DNA from: Deltaproteobacteria bacterium
GTDB taxonomy: Bacteria > Myxococcota > Kuafuiibacteriia > Kuafuiibacteriales > Kuafuiibacteriaceae
Length of the DNA stretch: 64,000 nucleotides
Direction of reading: 5' to 3'
Assembly: GCA_040218735.1 (NCBI GenBank)
Contig: JAVJQW010000055.1
Span: forward strand, 114,508 to 178,507
A program made the position numbers and the translations under genes. How positions within the stretch are numbered: the stretch's first letter is position 1; every line of letters starts with the position of its first letter. The notes under the pieces were generated by a model. The model saw nothing but the letters and a program-made list of their open reading frames with translations. It made no database searches and was not told where the DNA came from. This document shows, piece by piece, positions 37,773-47,746 of the stretch.

Positions 37773-38149
37773 TCGCGCTCGCCTGGCTCGCCGCCGCGTG
37801 TAACGGCGGCGGGGACTGCGTCTCGGACCTGGACCCGGACTGCACCCCTGCCTTCACGCCCACGTTCGAAGAGATCCACCGCCGCACACTCACCCAGTCG
37901 TGTGCGATCGCCGGAGCATCCTGCCACGCGACGGCCGGGTCGCAGGGGGGCCTTGCGTTGGAGGACATCGACGTCGCCTACCGCGCGCTCGTCGACGACG
38001 GGCGCGTGATCGCGAACGACGCCGCTTGTAGCTTGATGGTCATGCGCATCGAGGCCGACGATGGAACGGTGATGCCGCCGGCGAACCCGCTGCGTGCCGC
38101 CGAGCGCTGCGCGATCGCCACGTGGATCCGGGAGGGGGCCCAACGATGA
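37769..38149 (+). CDS. Small c-type cytochrome-like lipoprotein
   Basis: TTG overlaps upstream stop; LAAAC; PTFEEI, CAIAGASCH, GGLAL, MPP, IATWIREGA. Confidence 0.7.
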   Translation: MIALAWLAAACNGGGDCVSDLDPDCTPAFTPTFEEIHRRTLTQSCAIAGASCHATAGSQGGLALEDIDVAYRALVDDGRVIANDAACSLMVMRIEADDGTVMPPANPLRAAERCAIATWIREGAQR

Positions 38150-39483
38150 AACGCGCGCTGTGGGCCATGACGTTCGTCGTCGCCGGGTGCGGCGACGGTG
38201 TGGAACAGCTCACCTACGAGCAGGCGCTCGAACCCGAGCAGTGCCAGACCTGCCACCCCGAGCACTACAAGCAGTGGTCCGGCAGCATGCACGCATTCGC
38301 GGGCGACGATCCGCTCTTCCGCGCGATGAACGCGCGCGGCCAACGCGAGACGAACGGCGAGCTCGGTGACTTCTGCGTGCAGTGCCACGCGCCGCTCGCG
38401 CTGCAGAACGGCCTGACCACCGACGGCACGAACCTCGACGAGGTCCCGAAGCACCTGCGCGGCGTGACGTGTGCGTACTGCCACCTCACCGAGGCCGTGG
38501 AGGGGACGCACAACAACCCGCTCCGCCTCGCCACGGAGGTGATCATGCGCGGCGCGTTCGAGGCGGCCGACGGCGCGGCGCACGCGTCGGCGGTGTCGCC
38601 GCTGCACGATCGCAGCGACCCGGAGTCGTCGAACCTGTGCGGCTCCTGTCACGACATCGTCCTGCCGAACGGCGTCCACCTCGAGCAGACCTTCTCGGAG
38701 TGGAAGGATTCGCTGTTCGCGCACGACACACCCGCCGAGCTTCAGACGTGCGGGCGGTGCCACATGCCGGGGTACGACGGCGTCGCGGCGGACGTGCCGG
38801 GCGTGCCGCTGCGGCGGATCACCGACCACAAGATGGTCGGCGTGGACGTCGCCACGATCGACTGGCCCGAAAAGGACGCGCAGCGCGCTGCGATTCAGCA
38901 GATGCTCGACACGACCGTCGTCGCGCAGATGTGCATCGCGCGAGTGCCGGGCGGAACGCAGGTGACGATCGACCTGGAGAACCTCGCGGCGGGGCACAGC
39001 TTCCCGTCGGGGGCGACGATCGATCGCCGTGTCTGGGTCGAGCTACGCGCGACGCTCGGCGCGACGGAGATCTACGCGGTGGGCAACATCCCCGAGGGGA
39101 CCGCGGTGGCGACCTCGACGGCCGCCGACCTGTGGACGTTCTTCGACCGCGCGTACAAGGACGACGACGAAGTGGCGCACATGTTCTGGGACGTCGCGCG
39201 CGTGGACAAGAACCTGATGCCCGCGCCGACTGCGATCTCCCCCGCGGACCCGGACTGGCGTGACCCCCACGTCGTGCGTGACTTCCGGTTCGACGGCGTC
39301 GCGGATCGCATCGAGATGAACGTACACATCCGTCCGGTGGGGCTCGACGTGATCGACGACCTCATCGCGAGCGGCGACCTCGACGCGAGCTACCGCGACC
39401 TGCAGCCGACGTTCACGCTGAGCGCCGCGAACGTGGTGTGGACGGTGGACGACGGCGAGGGCTGCGTCCCGGATCTGCGGTGA
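38146..39483 (+). CDS. Pentaheme cytochrome c lipoprotein (c554-like)
   Basis: VAGC lipobox; CQTCH, CVQCH, CAYCH, CGSCH, CGRCH; WSGSMHA, AGHSFPSG. Confidence 0.9.
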   Translation: MKRALWAMTFVVAGCGDGVEQLTYEQALEPEQCQTCHPEHYKQWSGSMHAFAGDDPLFRAMNARGQRETNGELGDFCVQCHAPLALQNGLTTDGTNLDEVPKHLRGVTCAYCHLTEAVEGTHNNPLRLATEVIMRGAFEAADGAAHASAVSPLHDRSDPESSNLCGSCHDIVLPNGVHLEQTFSEWKDSLFAHDTPAELQTCGRCHMPGYDGVAADVPGVPLRRITDHKMVGVDVATIDWPEKDAQRAAIQQMLDTTVVAQMCIARVPGGTQVTIDLENLAAGHSFPSGATIDRRVWVELRATLGATEIYAVGNIPEGTAVATSTAADLWTFFDRAYKDDDEVAHMFWDVARVDKNLMPAPTAISPADPDWRDPHVVRDFRFDGVADRIEMNVHIRPVGLDVIDDLIASGDLDASYRDLQPTFTLSAANVVWTVDDGEGCVPDLR

Positions 39484-39565
39484 CGTCGGCGAACGTTGCC
39501 GGCAGCTTCTTCCGAAATCCGAACGCCGGCCGGACGTCCGGGGCGCTTCTCGGGCTCTGACGGGT

Positions 39566-39581
39566 TGGCCGGGGTCTTGCT
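39566..39581 (+). promoter_or_regulatory. Sigma-54-like promoter
   Basis: TGGCCGGGGTCTTGCT (GG-N10-GC with TTGC), 12 nt before ATG 39594. Confidence 0.6.
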
Positions 39582-39593
39582 TTACGAGCGGGT

Positions 39594-40529
39594 ATGACCG
39601 ACGTCCGCCGAACCCGCGCCCCCGCGGCGCCCCCGTCCCTTCCTCCCCAGTCGAAGGAGGTGCCCACGAAGCCGCCGCCGCTCGACCGGTCCGAGGTCGC
39701 CGCGCCGAACCGGATCGCCGAGGCGATGAAGGTCGAGCCGGCGGCGCTGTCGTTGGCGCCGACGCCCGAGCTGAAGGCGCTGTCGAAGGCGTTCAAGTCG
39801 GCGGTGAAGGACGGGCTCGACCCCGAGGAGCTCACGTCGCTGCGGGCGCGGGCCGACACGATCGACGACGTCGTCCAGCGCGACCTCGCGCACTCTGCGC
39901 TCGACAAGATCGAGGCGCAGTCGAAGGGCGGCCTCACGGACGCGCACCGCGCGATGCTCGGCGACGATCTGATCGACGGCTACACGGAGCGCGCCGTCGC
40001 GATCCTCGGGCACCCGGCGCTCGAGCAGCTCGCGAAGGACCCAAAGTGGAAGCGACCACACGACGAGCTCGCGATGTTCCTCGTGCGGTACGCAAACGAC
40101 CCGGTGTACCTCGCGACGATCGAACGACACGTCACGGCATCGGGCGGCATCACGAACGCCCATCAGATGGCGGTCGGTGAGGACCACGCGCTGCATCGCG
40201 TGGACGCGTACTTCGGCCAATGCAACGAGACGCAAGCGCGCACGCGCGAGATCTTCGAGGGCCTCGACGAGCGCCTCGGCGGCACGACGCTGAAGGGCTT
40301 CGACGTCACGGAACGCTCCACCGTGCTCCTCGCCTACGGGCTGATGGGCGACGGTCCGGGTGACCATCACTTCCTCTACGGGCTCGAGGTCCCCGGCGCG
40401 GGGCCGCTCTACGTGGACCCGTGGGTGGACCAGCGCGCCGACGCAGCGAGCATCAAGACGCCGGAGGCGTACAAGAAGTCACGCGACAAGTGGGACGCGT
40501 TCCACGTCTACACCGAAGGGCGGAGGTGA
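39594..40529 (+). CDS. Hypothetical protein, possible papain-like Cys-His-Asp fold
   Basis: Pro/Ala-rich N-terminus; GQCNE ... DHHFLY ... YVDPW. Confidence 0.6.
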   Translation: MTDVRRTRAPAAPPSLPPQSKEVPTKPPPLDRSEVAAPNRIAEAMKVEPAALSLAPTPELKALSKAFKSAVKDGLDPEELTSLRARADTIDDVVQRDLAHSALDKIEAQSKGGLTDAHRAMLGDDLIDGYTERAVAILGHPALEQLAKDPKWKRPHDELAMFLVRYANDPVYLATIERHVTASGGITNAHQMAVGEDHALHRVDAYFGQCNETQARTREIFEGLDERLGGTTLKGFDVTERSTVLLAYGLMGDGPGDHHFLYGLEVPGAGPLYVDPWVDQRADAASIKTPEAYKKSRDKWDAFHVYTEGRR

Positions 40530-40532
40530 GTC

Positions 40533-41834
40533 CTACTGGTGCTCGCCCATCGTGATCGCGTGGGTGACACGCGCCGGATCGGAGTCGCCGTTGGCGTCGA
40601 TCGCGAAGCTCAGCTGGTAGAGCGTCTCGCTCGCCTCGTGCAGGTACCAACCGTGGTGGGTGTCGCCCGACTCGCCGTGCTCGACCCAGGTCATGCGCGG
40701 CGAGAGTTTGTACCCGGCGTCGTCGACGACGCGCCCGCGGCTGACGTCGAACGTCGGGCCGTTCTGCAAGAAGGCTTGCACGGGGAAGCTCGTGGTGAAC
40801 TCTTCGGAGCCCGCAGCACGCCCGACGGAGCCGAGGTGCGCGACCCCCTGCTCGGCGTCGACCACGACCACGTGGCGTCGTCCGTCGCGGCTCGACAGAT
40901 CGATCGCCGGGAGCGGCGTGTTGCCTTCGCCGGCGGCGAGGAACTGCGTGCCGTCGAACGTCGGCGGCGAGATCTGAGAGCCCGCGTAGGCTTCGGAGTT
41001 CAAGGACTCGATCGACGTGAGCCGAAGTCCCTCCGGGCCCCGGTCGAGGCGGCCTTCGATCACCGCGTGGTCCCCGGGTCGAAGCCCGGGCAGGTCCGAC
41101 ATCGCGCCGAGGTGGATCGAAACGGGCTCTTCGTTCTCGTCCAGGAGGTGCCGCGCGCCGTTGAGCCAAACGGCCGTGTCGATGAGGAGGTAGAGGTCCG
41201 TCGCTTCGGCCCCCCCTTCGGCGCCCGGGGCGACACCCCGGACGACCTGACCCTGCACCTCTCGCGGGAGCCCCGCGACGACGTTGTCGATGCCGTCGAC
41301 GACGGGAACGAACGCGCCGTCTTGGAGTTTGGCGCTGACGTGGCCGGTGACGTCGCCGAGGCCGCCCGGGCTGAGGCCGGCGGTGGCTTCGCTCCCGGCG
41401 ACGCCGAGGTAGATGCGGTCGAAGGGGACGCCGTCGATGACGAAGTGGTCTTGGTTCCTCAGCGGCACGAGCCACAGGCCGTCGGCCCCGCCGCCGGGCA
41501 CGGCGCCCTGCTGCACCTCACCGCGGAGCGTGACGGGCTCGGCGGTCTGGATGGCCTCGCGCACCTCGGTGACCGGTGAGGCGTCGTGGGAGTCGGCGAG
41601 GCCGCAGCCCGCCATGAAGGGGAGGGTGGTCGCCGCGATCATCGCGATGGCGCCGGCCTTGAGGAGCTGCCCGCCAAACGGGCTCCAAGCGCGGCGTTGT
41701 TGCCCGGGGAGGCCGCCGGAGCGCGGCGCGTCGGGCTCGACCAGCGCGGGGGTGGTGCTGGAGGGCGGCGCGTCGTCGTGAATCTGGACCGCGGCGACGG
41801 TTGCGCTGCGGTCGGCGCCCTGCACGTTGTTCAT
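40533..41834 (-). CDS. Hypothetical protein with internal lipobox-like segment
   Basis: ATG 41834 (MNNVQG) preferred; low-complexity N-terminus then AIAMIAATTLPFMAGC; natural composition. Confidence 0.6.
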   Translation of the reverse strand: MNNVQGADRSATVAAVQIHDDAPPSSTTPALVEPDAPRSGGLPGQQRRAWSPFGGQLLKAGAIAMIAATTLPFMAGCGLADSHDASPVTEVREAIQTAEPVTLRGEVQQGAVPGGGADGLWLVPLRNQDHFVIDGVPFDRIYLGVAGSEATAGLSPGGLGDVTGHVSAKLQDGAFVPVVDGIDNVVAGLPREVQGQVVRGVAPGAEGGAEATDLYLLIDTAVWLNGARHLLDENEEPVSIHLGAMSDLPGLRPGDHAVIEGRLDRGPEGLRLTSIESLNSEAYAGSQISPPTFDGTQFLAAGEGNTPLPAIDLSSRDGRRHVVVVDAEQGVAHLGSVGRAAGSEEFTTSFPVQAFLQNGPTFDVSRGRVVDDAGYKLSPRMTWVEHGESGDTHHGWYLHEASETLYQLSFAIDANGDSDPARVTHAITMGEHQ

Positions 41835-41974
41835 GCCCCCGGGTATCGGCGGGGCCGGACCGATCGTTGTGTTCCCCGGCACAGAAAACTTCAGCGGAGG
41901 CGACGAACGGGTCAGATGTCCCTCGACCTTCGGTCGGGTTTCGCGCGCACACGCCGAATTGGTATGGAGCGCGG

Positions 41975-43249
41975 GTGCGGCGCATCGAACCTTCGCTGAA
42001 TCTCAACGTCCGCGGCATGACGCCGTCGGCCACGGTCGCGATCAACGAGCGCTCCAACGCGATGCTCGCGGCGGGGCGGACCGTCTACAAGCTGGGCCTG
42101 GGGCAGTCCCCCTTCCCGGTGCCCAACGTCGTGGTCCAGACCCTGAGGGACGCCGCGCACGAGAAGGACTACCTCCCCGTCGTGGGGCTGCCGGCGCTTC
42201 GCGCCGCGGTCGCGGCGTACCACGGACGGCAGGGCGTGACGTTCGCGCCCGAGGACGTGTTGATCGGCCCGGGTTCGAAGGAGCTGATGTTCATCCTGCA
42301 GCTCGTCTTCTACGGCGAGCTCGTGATCCCCACGCCGTCGTGGGTGAGCTACGCGCCGCAGGCGAAGATCATCGGGCGTAGCGTTCGGTGGGTCGACACC
42401 TGGCGCGACAACCGCCACAAGCTCACCGCCGACGCGCTCCGTTCTTGTTTCGCGGAGGATCCGGATCGTCCGCGCCTCGTCATCCTCAACTACCCGAACA
42501 ACCCGACCGGCTATTCGTACGACGCCGACGAGCTCGCGGCGATCGCCGAGGTCGCACGCGAGTACGGAGCGCTGCTGTTGTCCGACGAGATCTACGGCGA
42601 GCTCCACCACGAGGGCGAGCACGTCTCGATCGCGACGATGTACCCCGAAGGCACGATCATCAGCGCGGGCCTGTCGAAGTGGTGCGGCGCGGGCGGGTGG
42701 CGCCTCGGGACGTTCAGCTTCCCGCCGCAGCTCGCGTGGCTTCGCGACGCGATGGCGACCGTCGCGAGTGAGACGTTCACTTCGACGTCGGCGCCGATTC
42801 AGTACGCGGCGGTCACGGCGTTCGACGGTGATGCCTCGATCGAGAAGTACCTCGTCGATTCGCGGCGGGTGTTGCGCGGCCTCGGGCGGTGGTGCGCAGC
42901 GCGTCTTCGCGCCGCCGGTGCCTCGGTCGACGATCCCGACGGCGGCTTCTACCTCATGCCCGACTTCTCGCCGCTCGACGCTCGCCTGCGCGCGCGGGGG
43001 ATCGACACGAGCCGTGCGCTCGCCGAGCGTGCGCTCGAGGCGACCGGGACCGCGTTCCTGCCAGGGGAGGACTTCGGCCGCGACCCGCGCGAGCTCACCG
43101 CGCGCTTGGCCTACGTCGACTTCGACGGCGCGGCGGCGCTCGAGGCGGTGGCGGCGGTCGACGGGGAGCCCGACGACGCGTTCTACGCCCGAACCTGCCC
43201 GCGTGTGGTGGCTGGGATCGAGGCGCTGGCGGGCTGGGTCGACGGCTGA
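41975..43249 (+). CDS. PLP-dependent aminotransferase class I/II
   Basis: LGLGQSPFP, GLPALR, GPGSKE, LNYPNNPTG, SDEIY, GLSKWCGAGGWRLG. Confidence 0.92.
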   Translation: MRRIEPSLNLNVRGMTPSATVAINERSNAMLAAGRTVYKLGLGQSPFPVPNVVVQTLRDAAHEKDYLPVVGLPALRAAVAAYHGRQGVTFAPEDVLIGPGSKELMFILQLVFYGELVIPTPSWVSYAPQAKIIGRSVRWVDTWRDNRHKLTADALRSCFAEDPDRPRLVILNYPNNPTGYSYDADELAAIAEVAREYGALLLSDEIYGELHHEGEHVSIATMYPEGTIISAGLSKWCGAGGWRLGTFSFPPQLAWLRDAMATVASETFTSTSAPIQYAAVTAFDGDASIEKYLVDSRRVLRGLGRWCAARLRAAGASVDDPDGGFYLMPDFSPLDARLRARGIDTSRALAERALEATGTAFLPGEDFGRDPRELTARLAYVDFDGAAALEAVAAVDGEPDDAFYARTCPRVVAGIEALAGWVDG

Positions 43250-43294
43250 GGGAAAGTGGCCACGGGGCCGACAATGGGCTACTTGGCACGTTGG

Positions 43295-44848
43295 ATGCGC
43301 CCGTCCTGGATCGTCCTCGCGCTCGCGGTTCTCGCGGCGCGTCCGGCCTTCGCCGACGCCAACGCGGCGCTGGAGAAGGATCACGGTTGGCCCGCGGGGA
43401 GCATCCAGGAGCAGCTCGATCGGGATCCGACGCTCGTGCCGTTCGGCAAGGGCTCGATCTTCGTCCCGTCGATCACCAACCCCCTCGACGAACCGCCGGT
43501 GACGGTCTCGCGCGGCTCGCAGCGCGTCGCTGAGGGGACGACCGGCGTGCGGATCGTCGTCGCGCCCGGGACGTACGAGGTGCGGCTGGGCTCCGGCCCG
43601 GTCGAGCAGCGGATGCGTTTTCAGGCCACCGTCCGCGAGCGGATGACGACGGTGCTCCCGGTGTCGTGGGCCGCGCTGTCCGTGCACGTCGTGGACGAGC
43701 AGTTCGGCAGTCTTCGCGGCGCCTACGAGATGATCCGCGTCGACGATCGCGAGTACATCGGTATCGGCTTCGGCACCGACGAGCAGGCCGGTGAGCCGCT
43801 GTCCACCTGGATCCTCCCGGCCGGCCTCTACAAGATCGTTCGGCTCGGCGAGACGTACCGCGCACGTCGTGACTTCTCGACCGTTCGCCTCGAGAGCGCC
43901 GCGCACACACACTTCATCCTCGTGCAGGATCAGAACGGTGAGTTCCGCGGCGCGGGTGAAGTGCCGGTCGAGGAGATCTTCCGCGCGTCGGAGGGGGTGA
44001 GCGGCTCGCTGATCGTCGGCGCCGACGCGTCCCTCAACTCTCGACGCAACGCGCTCGGGCTCGACGACGGCGAAGCGTTCTCGGGGCGCCTCTTCGTCGA
44101 CGCACGCCTCACGGTCCAGATCCTCGACAATCCGCTCGTGCTCCGGCTGCAGGTCGCGGAGGGGCAGACCAAAGCGCTGGACGCGCCGTGGCAAAAGACC
44201 GACGACATCGTCGACCTCGACGCGCTGTACCTCTATCGCTGGACGCCGGTCCTGGGCCCCTACTTCCGGGTCGGCGCGGACACGCGGCTCCTGCCGGGCT
44301 TTGCGTTCTTCGAGCCCGCGACCGTCGAACGGAACTACGGCGACGGACGCGTCGAGCGCACCGGCGCCCGGCACACCTCGGCGAAGCTCTCGCGCGCGTT
44401 CGGCCTGTCGACGTTCCGCGAGGGCGGCGGCCTCAACATGCGCGTCATCAAGACGCTGCTGGCGGAGATGAACGTGCGCCTCGGGTTGGGCGGACGTCAC
44501 CGCTTCGCGCGCAACCTCTTCGAGGTGACCGAGGACCGGGACAGCGGGACCGAGGGGCTCGTACGGCTCAACGAGATCGAGTCGAGCCAGCTCGTGGGTG
44601 CCGAGGGCACGGTGCTGCTCCTCGCGCGCCTGACGCGCTGGGTGTTCATCACGGCGGAGGCGGAGGTCTTCCTCCCGACCGTCGGCTTCTCCGAGACGAT
44701 CTTGGAGCTCGAGGCGGGCGTCGCGATCAAGCTCACGAGTTACCTCGCGCTCAACTACCTCGCCCGCTTCAGGCGTGACCCCGGGCTTCAGGAGCGAGAT
44801 TCCATTCAACAGAACGTCGTGCTGCGTTTCTCCTGGGAGCTGCTGTGA
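43295..44848 (+). CDS. Exported protein, likely C-terminal outer-membrane beta-barrel
   Basis: Signal peptide ending AFA; amphipathic strands; C-terminal LRFSWELL; coupled to mlaE. Confidence 0.6.
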   Translation: MRPSWIVLALAVLAARPAFADANAALEKDHGWPAGSIQEQLDRDPTLVPFGKGSIFVPSITNPLDEPPVTVSRGSQRVAEGTTGVRIVVAPGTYEVRLGSGPVEQRMRFQATVRERMTTVLPVSWAALSVHVVDEQFGSLRGAYEMIRVDDREYIGIGFGTDEQAGEPLSTWILPAGLYKIVRLGETYRARRDFSTVRLESAAHTHFILVQDQNGEFRGAGEVPVEEIFRASEGVSGSLIVGADASLNSRRNALGLDDGEAFSGRLFVDARLTVQILDNPLVLRLQVAEGQTKALDAPWQKTDDIVDLDALYLYRWTPVLGPYFRVGADTRLLPGFAFFEPATVERNYGDGRVERTGARHTSAKLSRAFGLSTFREGGGLNMRVIKTLLAEMNVRLGLGGRHRFARNLFEVTEDRDSGTEGLVRLNEIESSQLVGAEGTVLLLARLTRWVFITAEAEVFLPTVGFSETILELEAGVAIKLTSYLALNYLARFRRDPGLQERDSIQQNVVLRFSWELL

Positions 44849-45912
44849 TGGTCGAGCTCGAGGGGGCCATGGTCGTCGACGCGGTGCCCGCGCTCTCGAA
44901 GCGCCTCGCGGCGATCTCCGGACCGGGCGAGAAGGTCGAGCTGGATCTGTCGGCGGTGACGGACATCGACAGCTCGGGCGTCGCGCTGCTGTCGCTGTTC
45001 CTGCGCCGGATGGAGGCGTCGGGCCGCGACGTCGCGCTGGTCCGGGTGCCCGAGCGCGTGAAGCGAACGCTCGAGCTCTTCCCGTTCGTCGACGCGCGGG
45101 TGCAGGAGGCGGAGGACCGCGGGTCGATCTTCGATCGGGTCGGCAGGTGGGCCGAGGGGATCGTCAACCTCGTGCTGCACTTCCTGGTCGTCGTCGCCGA
45201 CACGACCTGGTTCGTCGCGACGGGGGTCTTCAAGAAGCGGGGCGTGCGGTGGCACGTCGTGATCTACGAGATGGCGCAGATGGGCTCGAAGGCCCTCGCC
45301 GTCGTGGCGCTGATCGCGTTCCTGGTCGGCGCGACGATGGCGCTGCAGAGCGCGGCGCAGCTGCGGCAGTTCGGCGCCGACATCTTCGTCGTGGATCTCA
45401 TCGGCATCTCCATGACCCGCGAGCTCGGTCCGCTGATGGCCGCCATCGTCGTCGCGGGCCGCTCCGGATCCGCGGTCGCGGCGGAGATCGGCACGATGAT
45501 GATCAGCGAGGAGATCGACGCGCTGAAGACGATGGGCCTGCACCCCACGCGCTTCCTCGTCGTCCCGAAGATCCTCGCCATCACCGTGACCCAACCGCTC
45601 CTCACCGCGTTCGCCGACGCCGCGGGGGTGTTCGGTGGGTTCCTCGTCGCGACCTTCTACCTCGACGTCGGCGCGCAACCGTTCATCGTGCGGCTGCAGG
45701 AGTCGCTGTACCTCAAGGACGTCCTCACCGGCCTCATCAAGAGCGTCATGTTCGCGTGGCTGATCGTCAGCGTCGGTGCGATCTGCGGCTTCCGCACCAA
45801 GGGCGGCGCGGACGCCGTCGGGCGCAGCACCACCACCTCCGTCGTGGCCGGCATCTTCGCGGTGATCGTCGCCGATGCCCTGGCCAGCCTGGTCTTCTAC
45901 TTCGGAGATTGA
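44848..45912 (+). CDS. mlaE: MlaE family ABC permease with N-terminal STAS domain
   Basis: LDLSAVTDIDSSG (STAS); RELGPLMAAIVVAGRSGSAVAAEIGTM, EEIDAL. Confidence 0.92.
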   Translation: MVELEGAMVVDAVPALSKRLAAISGPGEKVELDLSAVTDIDSSGVALLSLFLRRMEASGRDVALVRVPERVKRTLELFPFVDARVQEAEDRGSIFDRVGRWAEGIVNLVLHFLVVVADTTWFVATGVFKKRGVRWHVVIYEMAQMGSKALAVVALIAFLVGATMALQSAAQLRQFGADIFVVDLIGISMTRELGPLMAAIVVAGRSGSAVAAEIGTMMISEEIDALKTMGLHPTRFLVVPKILAITVTQPLLTAFADAAGVFGGFLVATFYLDVGAQPFIVRLQESLYLKDVLTGLIKSVMFAWLIVSVGAICGFRTKGGADAVGRSTTTSVVAGIFAVIVADALASLVFYFGD

Positions 45913-46715
45913 TGGTGCAGCGGGAGTACAACATCGTCGTCGACAAACTCGTCGCCCGCTACGGCGAGCGCACCGTGTTGAACGGCGTCGACATGAAGGT
46001 GCGTCCGCGCGAGGTGCGCGTCATCCTCGGCGGCTCGGGCTGCGGCAAGAGCACGCTCCTCAAACACATCATCGGCCTCGCGACGCCCGCGGACGGGACG
46101 GTGGAGCTGCTCGGCGTGAACCTCGTCGAAGCGGACGAGCCGGAGAAGGACGCGGTCCTGAGCCGCATCGGCATGTTGTTCCAAGGGGGAGCGCTGCTGA
46201 ATGCGCTCACGATCCACGAGAACGTCGCGCTCCCGCTCGTGGAGAAGACGAACCTGCCGCGCGAGGTGATCGACGAGATGGTCGCGATGAAGCTCGCGCT
46301 CGTCGGGCTGTCCCACGCGCACGACCTCACCCCGCCCGAGCTGTCCGGCGGCATGAAGAAACGCGCCGCGCTGGCGCGCGCGATGGCGATGGACCCGGCG
46401 GTGTTGTTCGCGGACGAGCCGAGCGCGGGTTTGGATCCGATCACCGGCGCGGCGCTCGACGAGCTGCTCATCTCGTTGAAGAACCAATTCAACATGTCGC
46501 TCGTGGTGGTGACCCACGAGCTCGCGAGCGTGGAGACGATCGCGGATCAGATCACGATGCTCGACAAGGGACACGTCATCGCGGAGGGCACGCTCGACGA
46601 AGTCAAAGCGACGCCGCACCCGATGGTGCAGTCGTTCTTCGGCCGCCAAGGTGAAGGCGAAGCCGAGCGTCGGTCCGTGTTACAAGCGTTCGAGGACGAC
46701 GGAGGAGCCCGGTGA
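45912..46715 (+). CDS. mlaF: MlaF family ABC ATPase
   Basis: GGSGCGKS, LFQGGAL, LSGGMKKRAALARA, DEPSAGLDP, VTHEL. Confidence 0.92.
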   Translation: MVQREYNIVVDKLVARYGERTVLNGVDMKVRPREVRVILGGSGCGKSTLLKHIIGLATPADGTVELLGVNLVEADEPEKDAVLSRIGMLFQGGALLNALTIHENVALPLVEKTNLPREVIDEMVAMKLALVGLSHAHDLTPPELSGGMKKRAALARAMAMDPAVLFADEPSAGLDPITGAALDELLISLKNQFNMSLVVVTHELASVETIADQITMLDKGHVIAEGTLDEVKATPHPMVQSFFGRQGEGEAERRSVLQAFEDDGGAR

Positions 46716-47746
46716 ACCTGACCAAAGCGGAGCGCTTTCGACTGGGGGTGTTCGTGACGGTGGGCGTCGTGCTGCTGGGCACGGCGGTCGTCGTCCTCGC
46801 TGGCCTGCAGCTCGTGGAGGAGCGCGCCGAGTACTACGTGTCGTTCGGCGAGAGCGTCAGCGGGCTCGAGCCGTCGGCGCAGGTGAAGTACCAGGGGCTG
46901 CGCGTGGGCCGGGTCGACTCGCTCAAGATCGACCCGGACAACCCGCAGAACATCCGCGTCACGCTGACCTTGGATCCCGACGCCGTGCTTCACGAGGGCA
47001 CCCACGCGCTGCTCGACATGAGCGGCCTGACCGGGATCAAGACGATCAACCTCACCCCGGGGGATCCGGAGCGGCCGATCATCCCGCCGGGCTCGCAGAT
47101 CCCGGTGCAGGAGTCGCTCGTCGGCAAGATCGCCGACCGCGCGGAGGCGATCTCCGAGAAGGTCGACCGTGTCGCGACGAACCTCGCGCGCATCACGAGC
47201 GCCGCGAACGTGCAGCGCTTCGAAGAGATGATCGACAACACCAACCGCCTGCTGGTCGACGTCGACAAGTTCGTCAACGAGACCCGCGAGCCGCTCGCGT
47301 TTGCGCTCGACGAGTTCGGCAAGTCCGGCAAGTCGATTCGCAACGTGAGCGACGAGGCTGCGGTGACGATGCGCGACCTGCGGTCGGAGGTGAAGACGAC
47401 GCTCGCCGCGGGGCGCACCACGCTCGACGAGGTGCGGCGCCTCCTGAAGGCGGTCGACGCCAAGCAGGTGAACCAGACCGTGACCGCCGCGTCGAACGTG
47501 ATGACGACCCTCGATCAGAAGCTCAACGCCGAGGAGCTGGGCGAGACACTCGCCGCGCTGCAGCTCGCGCTCGCCAACGTCGTGAAGCTGATGCAGGAGC
47601 TCGACCTCACGGTGCGCGCGAGCCGCGAAGACCTCGTGCTGTCGCTCAAACACGTCCGCCAGGCGACGCAGGACCTCCGCGAGTTCAGTCGCATCATCGC
47701 GCAAGACCCGTCGGTGCTGCTGCGCGGCAAGGGGTCACAAGAATGA
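46712..47746 (+). CDS. mlaD: MlaD/MCE family protein with long helical tail
   Basis: N-terminal TM; SVSGLEPSAQVKYQGLRVGRV; DPSVLLRG. Confidence 0.9.
   Translation: MNLTKAERFRLGVFVTVGVVLLGTAVVVLAGLQLVEERAEYYVSFGESVSGLEPSAQVKYQGLRVGRVDSLKIDPDNPQNIRVTLTLDPDAVLHEGTHALLDMSGLTGIKTINLTPGDPERPIIPPGSQIPVQESLVGKIADRAEAISEKVDRVATNLARITSAANVQRFEEMIDNTNRLLVDVDKFVNETREPLAFALDEFGKSGKSIRNVSDEAAVTMRDLRSEVKTTLAAGRTTLDEVRRLLKAVDAKQVNQTVTAASNVMTTLDQKLNAEELGETLAALQLALANVVKLMQELDLTVRASREDLVLSLKHVRQATQDLREFSRIIAQDPSVLLRGKGSQE

Noticed and set aside
43284-43298. TGGCACGTTGGATGC sigma-54-like box
   Set aside because: Overlaps the likely start codon at 43295, so the transcript would lose the signal peptide start; probably chance
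41912-44809. 965-aa minus-strand ORF
   Set aside because: Antisense shadow of the aminotransferase and OM protein genes, expected at high GC
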